NCBI GenBank assembly: GCA_002269645.1
Contig: NIVC01000251.1
Coordinates: 434,001 to 498,000, forward strand
DNA: 64,000 bases
Origin: Macrostomum lignano
Lineage: Eukaryota
Direction of reading: 5' to 3'
Shown: one piece after another, positions 55,349-64,000 of the stretch
How positions within the stretch are numbered: the stretch's first letter is position 1
Layout of the letters: each line of letters opens with the position of its first letter
Notes under the pieces: generated by a model
Database searches by the model: none
The model's input: the letters and a program-made list of their open reading frames with translations, nothing else
What the model was told of the DNA's origin: nothing
Translations under genes and position numbers: made by a program

Positions 55349-57546
55349 ATGAAATTCTCGGTCATTTTGGCGATTGTGCTGATATGCAGTGAGTAAGCTC
55401 CATTCGATCCATATGCCTTCCTCTGTGGCTTACTGCAATCGTGGCTCACTTATTGGACGGCTATAGGTAAATAATATCGATGTGGACTGTCCATAAATCT
55501 TTGCTCAACTTTTAGTGACGGACGCTGTGAGCAGCAAACGCTTCAATCGATTCGTCACCAGCGGCTCCGTTGAGCTGAGTGACTCTGTGAGCAGCTGGTT
55601 GTTCGTCGAGACCGAAGTCGCTCGGGAAAGTCAGTGCCTGCTGCTGTGCCAGCTCCGCGGCTGCGCTGTCGCCGAGCTGAACCGGACCGCCAGAGTCTGT
55701 CGGGCAGTCAGCCTCAGCAATGAGTCATCGGGGCAGCCCGCCGGCCCAAACGGAAGTCACGTGACGAGACAGCTCGGCTCGCCCGATGACAGCGCTGTGA
55801 CTTTGTGGAAAGCGGAAGAATTTGAGCAATACCTGATGAGTTTACCGTCAGCTGGACACTTGCTTAAAAGTGAGTCAAGAGATATGAGAATGTCTGCAAA
55901 AATCGTGACACACAAAGCTTCATCAGTTATAATGGACATTGCATGAACCCCTGCAGACAGCAGCTCGGGCAGAAACGGATCGATCGAAACCTTCACGGCT
56001 CCCGCTAGCGGCTGCTACCTGATCGAGGCTGCCGGAGCCAGAGGAGGCAACAACACCCTCACGAACACCACCGGAGGCCAGGGAGCCCAGGTGAGCGCCA
56101 GAGTCAACCTGACAGCCGGAACCCAGCTGAGCATCGTGGTGGGCCAGATGGGCGGCTCGACCTCCCTGAGCAGCGAAGGAGGCGGCGGAGGCGGCGGCAG
56201 CTTCGTGTTCCGGACGAACGACCATCTGCTGCTGCTGGCTGCTGGCGGGGGCGGTGGCGCCACTCTGTGGAAAAATGGTGAGATGTCACGCTTGCAGCTA
56301 ACGGCACAGCAGATGCAATGGTACCTGCATTCAATACGGCAATAGTTAGTACGCCACAACTGTAAATCCTTAGCAGTTAGCTCGTATGCTTACTAATTAT
56401 CCTGAGTAGTATGTATTGATTTCAATGAAGAACACTGCTAAGGCCACTCATCGTTGTTCAGGATGAGCGGCATGGACTACTTAAGTAGAAGGACGCGACA
56501 CGCGCAAAAGTGCAAATTTTATTGGAGGCTGATTATTCAATCTTATGTGGCCCGGCTCCAGAAACTCGCCAAAGTGTAGTTTTTTTTTCACAGGATGCAA
56601 ATAATTTAGTCCTCATTCATGTAAGACTTGTAATGTATGGTTTACACGATGCAGAAATCTTAGAAATTAGTTAAAGTCTAATTTAAAATAGGCCTAATAC
56701 AATAATAGACGTAAAATATTTCTAAACAATACTAAGCTAGACGGAAACATATATTGATAAAAAACTTTAAAATATTACAATAGATACAAACATCACTCTG
56801 AATAAGGATCTGCATCAAATTGTAGCTCGTAAGATTATTTCAATGCCTGCACGCTAAGGGAAGTTCAGCCTAAAAAAACTACACGAATCGTGCATCTCGC
56901 GTCCTAAATAAAAGACAAGTAAATAGTCCGTGATTAGCGGCTGCTAATGGCCGTATTTGATGCCGTTTAGAGACAATAATGGAACAAGCAACAAAAAGTG
57001 GCAACCGCGTATTCTTGAGACATCTAAGCTTGTTTAAACTTTTTGGAACTCTGCGCAGGACGGCCGGGAGAGGTCAGTGTCAACGCTTCCGACAGCATCG
57101 GATCTGACTATTCCGCTACGGGATTCGGTGGCAGCAACGGACAGCCGGGCTTCAACGATCCAAGCGGCACGCGGAGCGAAACCAACCACGGTGGCTGCGG
57201 CGCCGGCTGGCTCGGCAGGGCCGTCAACCCGAGGCGCAGCTCCGACGATGGCGAGCGAGGCGGCGGTCCAGCCGAAGGCTTCGTCGGCGGCAGCGCCGGT
57301 GGTGGCAGCGCTTGCGACGGCGGCTTCGGCGGCGGCGGCGGAGGCGGCTGCATGTGCGGCGGCAAATACGGAGCTCCGGGCGCTGGCGGCGGCTTCAGCG
57401 GCGGCGGGGCCGGGGTCGGCTACGGGCACATCGGTGGCGGCGGCGGCTCCTTCTGCATGGGGGGCTGCGTCTCCGGAACCGTCTCGACTGGCGACCAGGG
57501 CTTCGCGTCCATCCGGTTGGAGTCCCTGTCCGGTAGATGCGGCTGA
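55349..57546 (+). CDS. Secreted protein: signal peptide + PAN/apple-like Cys domain + ALK/LTK-type glycine-rich domain, no TM or kinase, 4 exons, 400 aa
   Basis: Exons 55349-55388, 55516-55869, 55957-56277 and 57059-57546 (all phase-1 GT-AG; 1203 nt). MKFSVILAIVLICMTDA; CLLLCQLRGC...VC; FTAPASGCYLIEAAGARGG...IVVGQMG...GGGGGGGSFVFR...LLLAAGGGGG...GAGW...GGFGGGGGG...GGGFSGG...GGGGGSF. Confidence 0.85.
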
Positions 57547-57780
57547 GAGGCAATATTGGTAGAGCTAAGAGTAAGATCAAGGCAGACAGTTTCACAAGCT
57601 CCGAACCTTCTCAAATTCCCAAACGATTGAGAGTGCATATTGCGTCTATTATCAACTGCCGCGTGCAAAATGCTTGCAAAGAAATCAGTGAGCGCAATTT
57701 TTTGTCTGGAAATTCCACAAATAATTTTTTTACATGTAACACTACATGTACACACACACAACACGCACTTTTTAATTGCA

Positions 57781-57896
57781 GAGCTCGTTGATACTACAAA
57801 AAGAAGTGCATGCATCGCCAAAAGACTGTTCGAACTAATTAACTCAATTTCCATATGCTGAAATGCTGCACTTCTTTTTGTAGTATTAACTGGCTC
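57781..57896. other. ~116-bp foldback with 24-bp arms (1 mismatch)
   Basis: GTTGATACTACAAAAAGAAGTGCA ... TGCACTTCTTTTTGTAGTATTAAC. Confidence 0.7.
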
Positions 57897-58391
57897 TTAA
57901 ATTTAAACTTGTGCCTTTTGAAAGCTAAACACTGTGAGGATGAATAGCCAAATGAAGTGAAGTTTAGGAATTGTTTACAGATGTGCTGCTGAGAAACCGA
58001 TAAATTCGAGTGACCATGTATGAAATTTCATTCTCTATTCGATTTGTTTTACCTTAATTCAGTTTAACGATTTTTGAGATCAACGCGTCTTTTCCCTACC
58101 AAAAAGACCAAAATGTACCAAGTTTGAAATCGCAGCTTATAAAATTTTGCGTAGAAAAAAAAACCCAAAATGAATATATATTCAATGAAACTATATTTTT
58201 CGCCTTTTCCGTTACAATAAACTAAAAATAAAAGAAAAATTACCACACTTAGCTATTCCCGTATTTTTCTTGTGGTTTTAATTACAGATTTTAACGAACG
58301 TTATTTTATAAAAATAAGTAGTTACCATATTCGAACACTTTTTTTCAGTAACATTGAGACTTGACCCAGCTTCCATGGCATGGGGAAGCCA

Positions 58392-59290
58392 TTATGTAGT
58401 AGCAGGGCAACTTTCAGAAAGTTTTAAAGCTCTTAAAGAGGGCCTGGGTGACAGAGATTTTTTGATAAATTGAGCAGCTGATTGTCTAGACATTCGATTC
58501 TCTGCTGCATTGAACGCTTTCTGAATCACTCCTGTTTGAGTAGAGGCTATAACTGATAATTCGCTGACTGACATCTGACATAGCTTGATTGACAGGCCGA
58601 AGTCGATAAGCTTTGAACCTGCGTTTCAAGCCTGCAAATTGCACAACCATGTTAGTACAGTTGATGTCTCTGAAGATCACTGATCAATCTTCACTGGCTG
58701 TACATGCGTGCTACATCTCTGTGAAGATGTTTTTTACGACTAATTGTGAGTTGAGTGTACGAGGTTTGCTGCTGGGACCTATCAGACTCTCCTTTGCTGC
58801 TGGGAGCTATAAGACTCTCCGAGCCTTCTTAGTTCTGTAACCGTTTTCAACTTCGATCTAACTGCCCGGTGTCAAAAGTCGAGTCCTTCTTCGGACAGAC
58901 TGGGAACAGACCCCTCTTGACAAAATCCATTCAGACGATACTGCTCTGAGTAGTCGGCCCAAGGCATGAATTTTGTCCCCCGATTTCTGCGGGACAAAGA
59001 CAATAATTAAATTGTAGAGGCAGCTGCAACGATTCTGTATCTCGGCCCTTACTGATTTGCCATTTTGCTGAGGCTTGCTCGAAATTCCAGTTTCCAGCTA
59101 TAGTCCTCAAGGCTTTTTCTAAGACTAAGTCATAGACTTCGATTATACTCGTAGTTAGCCTAAGCGTGTTCAAACGAAGCGAAACCCTTCGCTTCGATGA
59201 AGGAATAGATTCCTTCATCCATGGGTGAAACGTACGTCAGCCCGCCCGCTGCAAATTGTCTTTGGCCGACTTCAATAAAAAAAATCGAAT
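58392..59290 (-). pseudogene. Degraded protein kinase fragment
   Basis: VIFRDINCTNMVV (HRD-like catalytic loop, from 58680), frameshift, KLIDFGLS (DFG at 58604-58596), then SAAQFIKKSLSPRPSLR (subdomain XI-like). In-frame stops upstream; subdomains VIII-X missing. The left boundary is the ORF stop; the upstream limit is a guess. Confidence 0.6.
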
Positions 59291-59612
59291 GCATACATAA
59301 GTTTTTAGTTAATGTTTCTACAACTTGAATATACTGCTTAATAATGCTTAGTATCATTATCAGTTGCTATTTTTTCGATTCACAAAATTTGGCCATAGAC
59401 AATTCCTTAGATTTCATTCATTCTTTCTTTCTTTAGAGTGCTGGTGTGCCAATGTGGGGCCCCCTTGACCCCGCTGTCTTCTGACTTAATGCCATAGACA
59501 TCAGCGGGCCGTGAAACCAACTGAATGCATAGGAGTAAATGGGATTTTACCATAGACAGTCTCAGCGGGCCGTGAAACGCGGTTTTTCGCTCACTAACTA
59601 TAACACTGTATG

Positions 59613-59699
59613 ATTATCGAGAGGTCATGCTTCACACATAACTGCCATACCGGCCGACGCGGTAAGGCAGTTGTGTGTGAAGCGTTACCTCTCGATAGT
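59613..59699 (+). other. 87-nt long hairpin (pre-miRNA-like or TE foldback) inside a CCATAGAC-motif repeat region
   Basis: 34-bp outer stem with three U-G wobbles and one mismatch, a 5-bp inner stem and a 7-nt loop. Confidence 0.6.
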
Positions 59700-59950
59700 G
59701 GAATTGTGTTTATTTTCGTCCAAAAACCAATTCAAAACGGCTAGGACACAACTTCCCAGACGGGAATTGTTCACTAAGCGATTCTAGGGATTTGTGTCAT
59801 AGGCATTTTCCACTTGGCGCAAGCCAAGTGATGGCCATAGACTAAACGTCTGGAACGAAAAGTTAAGCGGAACAGCCTGAAATTACCATAGACAAAACAT
59901 GTTAAATGAAGTTGTGGTCTTATAAGCTGGAACTCTGCAGCAGAGGATAC

Positions 59951-60447
59951 ATGTTCCTGTTTCTTCTGTTTGCCCTAACCTCTATTCATGCCACTCATAC
60001 GAATGATAAATTGGTCGAATTTGCCGATTGAAAGCATTGACGGCTTGAATGGAAATGAGGTCAACTTTCTCAGCGACGTGATGAGGCGGATGACGAAGAC
60101 TTGATGGAGTTCATCCGATTCATTGAATGCGGTAACGATGATGCTCTGCCACCACTGCCAAGCGAAGAAGAGGCTTGCCCCGAGGATCCCATGCGGAACA
60201 AACCATGCAATTCGGCCAATGTGAGTGTAACGTCTAAAGACATTTCTTATATAAATAAGAAGTTTTGATTTTTATAGTTAGAGATAATGTGGCCCAAACG
60301 AAACTAGGCACAATAATATGGATGGGCTGCAGAGGGCAGAAACAAGCAAAAGCGAGTTGTTGAATGCCTTAACCGCTGGTTGTGCTGTGCGACGATGTCG
60401 TAGAAGGAGTTGCCCCAAGGTGCCCACAACGCTTCTGCAATTATTAA
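59951..60447 (+). other. Possible small secreted acidic/Cys-containing peptide gene or pseudogene
   Basis: MFLFLLFALTSIHA signal-like start; same-frame DEADDEDLMEFIRFIECGNDDALPPLPSEEEACPEDPMRNKPCNSAN ending at a GTGAGT donor (60221). Needs a weak-donor 60-nt intron (60014-60073) to remove three stops; the 3' exon is ambiguous. Confidence 0.35.
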
Positions 60448-60957
60448 TAATATTTTATAATGATCAATATTACTATTAATATTATAATACCTATTATTAA
60501 ATACAAACTTTTATTTGCAGAAAATGAATAAAGTAAAATGTCCAAAGGAACTTTGAATGCATGCAACTACAACTACAAGTTTATCGCTTACAAAGAGTCA
60601 CATTCAGCCAAATTTTAGAGTAGGGGGGGGGGTGGCTGAGAAACTTGATCCAGCGTGGGAGGCGTGGTGTGCTCAGAAATCCAGCTCAAGCACTGCAGTT
60701 GTGAGCGAATGACTCGAAGGGATTACATGTATTGATAGATTTGGAATCGATCCAAAAATGTAGAACTTTTTTTCTAAATTTTTTTAATATAAGTCAAACT
60801 TTACTGAGACAAGTATACGCAAGCAGAAGTCAAGATACTTAACGAAAAGTGCCACGTTTTTTAATGCGTTTTTAGCGTGCAAGTCTTACTTAAATTCTCG
60901 AATGCATTGGGTTTTTGTCATATTTTTCGTATCGAGTAGTGCATTCAGAATTCTCTC

Positions 60958-62482
60958 ACTGACTGACTGACTGACTTAAGTGAATGGGTGACTGACTGAC
61001 TCACTGACTGACTGACTGACTGACTGACTGACTGACTGACTGACTGACTCACTCACTGACTGACTGACTGACTGACTGACTGACTGACTGACTCACTGAC
61101 TGACTGACTGACTCACTGACTGACTGACTGACTTAAGTGAATGGGTGACTGACTGACTCACTGACTGACTGACTGACTGACTGACTGACTGACTGACTTA
61201 AGTGAATGGGTGACTGACTGACTGACTGACTGACTGACTGACTTAAGTGAATGGGTGACTGACTGACTCACTGACTGACTGACTGACTTAAGTGAATGGG
61301 TGACTGACTGACTGACTGACTGACTTAAGTGAATGGGTGACTGACTGACTCACTGACTGACTGACTGACTTAAGTGAATGGGTGACTGACTGACTCACTG
61401 ACTGACTGACTGACTGACTGACTGACTGACTGACTTAAGTGAATGGGTGACTGACTGACTCACTGACTGACTGACTGACTTAAGTGAATGGGTGACTGAC
61501 TGACTGACTGACTGACTGACTGACTGACTGACTGACTGACTGACTGACTGACTGACTGACTTAAGTGAATGGGTGACTGACTGACTGACTGACTGACTGA
61601 CTGACTGACTGACTGACTGACTGACTGACTGACTGACTGACTGACTGACTGACTGACTGACTGACTGACTGACTGACTGACTGACTGACTTAAGTGAATG
61701 GGTGACTGACTGACTGACTGACTGACTGACTGACTGACTGACTGACTGACTGACTGACTGACTGACTGACTGACTGACTGACTGACTGACTGACTGACTG
61801 ACTGACTGACTGACTGACTGACTGACTGACTGACTGACTGACTGACTGACTGACTGACTGACTGACTGACTGACTGACTGACTGACTGACTGACTGACTG
61901 ACTGACTGACTTAAGTGAATGGGTGACTGACTGACTCACTGACTGACTGACTGACTTAAGTGAATGGGTGACTGACTGACTGACTGACTGACTGACTGAC
62001 TGACTGACTGACTGACTGACTGACTGACTGACTGACTGACTGACTGACTGACTGACTGACTGACTGACTGACTGACTTAAGTGAATGGGTGACTGACTGA
62101 CTGACTGACTGACTGACTGACTGACTGACTGACTGACTGACTGACTGACTGACTGACTGACTGACTTAAGTGAATGGGTGACTGACTGACTCACTGACTG
62201 ACTGACTGACTTAAGTGAATGGGTGACTGACTGACTCACTGACTGACTGACTGACTTAAGTGAATGGGTGACTGACTGACTCACTGACTGACTGACTGAC
62301 TGACTGACTCACTGACTGACTGACTGACTGACTGACTGACTGACTGACTGACTGACTGACTGACTGACTGACTGACTGACTGACTGACTGGCTGACTGAC
62401 TGACTGACTGACTGACTGACTGACTGACTGACTGACTGACTGACTGACTGACTGACTGGCTGACTGACTGACTGACTGACTG
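60958..62482. repeat. (ACTG)n microsatellite with interspersed TTAAGTGAATGGGT cassettes (45-bp higher-order unit in parts)
   Basis: Direct inspection; cassettes at 62166 and 62211 are 45 bp apart. Confidence 0.96.
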
Positions 62483-62880
62483 AATTGGCCGAAATTGACA
62501 AAGCATAGAAAAAAATGACAATGCAAACATGCAATTACTAGTATTTCACAATACGTAGCTGTGATTTTATTTGAAGTACTGAGTTTATTTGAATAGTATT
62601 TTAAATCAATTTTCTGTTATCAGAAAGTTGAAAGAAACAGTTAAACAACGGATCTCACAAAGCAGAAAAGTGGATAGTGGGCAGTTAGTTTTCTATGTTA
62701 TCGTATCGTTGAAAATACGAAATACATGCAGATAGCTATAAATAGAGTTGTGATTCAATGTGCTTGCTTCAGGCTGAGTCTGAAAAGGATAAACTAAACG
62801 TTTTGCGGATTTATTTATCAGCAATTATATGTGCAGACTGCAGTCTTCTATGGTGTTCAACGTTTGAATTAAAAATGAAC

Positions 62881-63352
62881 TCATAGTAAGCCGAGCTGCT
62901 GGCGGAGTCGCCTGCGAATGAAGTTGAACAGAGGAATGTAGGACGGTCGGCTCAGTCTGTTCGAGAGTCCTGCGTAGGTATTGTAAGGTTTTTAGAAATT
63001 AGCATTGCTAGAGGATTTTAAAGAAACATGAAAAAGCCGCACCTTTCTTGTCTCGCCTTCCAGCAGCAATCGATGACTTGTTGGCAGTCCCGCCGCCTTC
63101 TTTGCGATGCTGCTGCAAACCGCGTAAAATTTCGATGCACAATCGCATGGCAACCAGTTTGTCCACGGTAGCTTTCGTTGAGGCCATCAACTTGTTGATG
63201 ACATCGTCCGGTGACCACCAATCAGCTCGTTCAACGTCGATCTTGTCCATTTTCATCAAAGGCTGGCTGATGGCGATGGGCAGGGCGATGGCAGAAGCGA
63301 CCGCCACTGCGGCGACGCTGACCAGGGCGAATATGACAAGAAATTTTACCAT
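62881..63352 (-). CDS. Secreted peptide precursor (132 aa, 2 exons) with a cationic C-terminal peptide
   Basis: Exon 63352-63043, 73-nt GT-AG intron, exon 62969-62881 in frame: MVKFLVIFALVSVAAVAVASA...GRRDKK-GLSNRLSRPSYIPLFNFIRRRLRQQLGLL*. Confidence 0.7.
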
Positions 63353-64000
63353 GGTTGCTTTCCGAGATTGCTAGCTTTTCTCAATGGGAATGCTTTCTAC
63401 TCATTTTCGAAAACTTTTATAGGCGAATCCAAAGTGAAGGCGGCTTAACAGATTAAAATTGTGGGGGTGGCTTGAGGAAGATTGGCTGTCGACGATTTCC
63501 TGGGGGGGGGATGATTAGGCCTAAAAAATTGTGCAAAATTGTTTTGAAATAATAAACACGTGCATCGCACCGCACGCAGAACAGAACGTCTATCGATTAG
63601 GTAGAAGCGATGATCAAATCTCAGACTAATTACGACAGAGATAATCGAACACCTGCATGATTTCCCTGCCTAATATGTTTATTTCTCTACGCCAATATCG
63701 ATCCCTTCATTTGGAGCCAAATAGCTCCAAAATTGGAGCCAAAATCCCGTTATACCGAAAATATGGCGACAAATGCGATAAATGGGGATTTCATGTGATC
63801 GGAAACCTTCCTGTGCTATTTTCAGTTTAATACACGAACGTAGGTTTTCATTGTGCTTTTTTTCAGGACCTTCTAGCAGGCCACCATTTATGAAAAATTG
63901 CACTAAAACCTGACGCTAGTTACATGAGAACGCCTTAAGCTGTTGTTTTACGCATATCAATGTCTCAAATGTCTTGAGGACTTCTTTCAGTGTAGAAGAT

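Noticed and set aside
61460-62534. 274-aa SQSV-repeat ORF
   Set aside because: Translation of the (ACTG)n microsatellite.

Overview
Eukaryotic (metazoan) genomic DNA, most likely a flatworm. The basis is a tegument-allergen-like EF-hand+DLC gene; GC-rich exons among dense 20-32 bp minisatellites suggest Macrostomum, but that is inference. Genes reconstructed by hand from the sequence: a quiver/sleepless-like Ly6 GPI protein (+, 16.3-18.4 kb, first exon not found); a 6-exon cytoplasmic cysteinyl-tRNA synthetase (-, 19.2-25.7 kb); a co-oriented intronless minus-strand cluster RPS15-RSL1D1-RPS15-ALYREF (34.1-39.6 kb); PLBD1-like phospholipase B with a 1-nt frameshift (44.9-46.7 kb); a 9-exon TAL-like gene whose linker is built from six symmetric small exons and which ends in CCCC (49.2-53.2 kb); a secreted PAN-like + ALK/LTK-type glycine-rich protein (55.3-57.5 kb); a kinase pseudogene fragment; and a 2-exon secreted peptide precursor (62.9-63.4 kb). 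A large share of the window is micro/minisatellite, including a 6.7 kb 23-mer array with nested higher-order repeats, plus nested MITE-like elements. Most long ORFs in the supplied track are repeat or antisense artefacts. No CRISPR, tRNA or rRNA seen. Best leads: the modular TAL-like gene, the operon-like RPS15-led cluster with its unusual 5' junction, and the TTC-N3-GAA satellite upstream of CARS.
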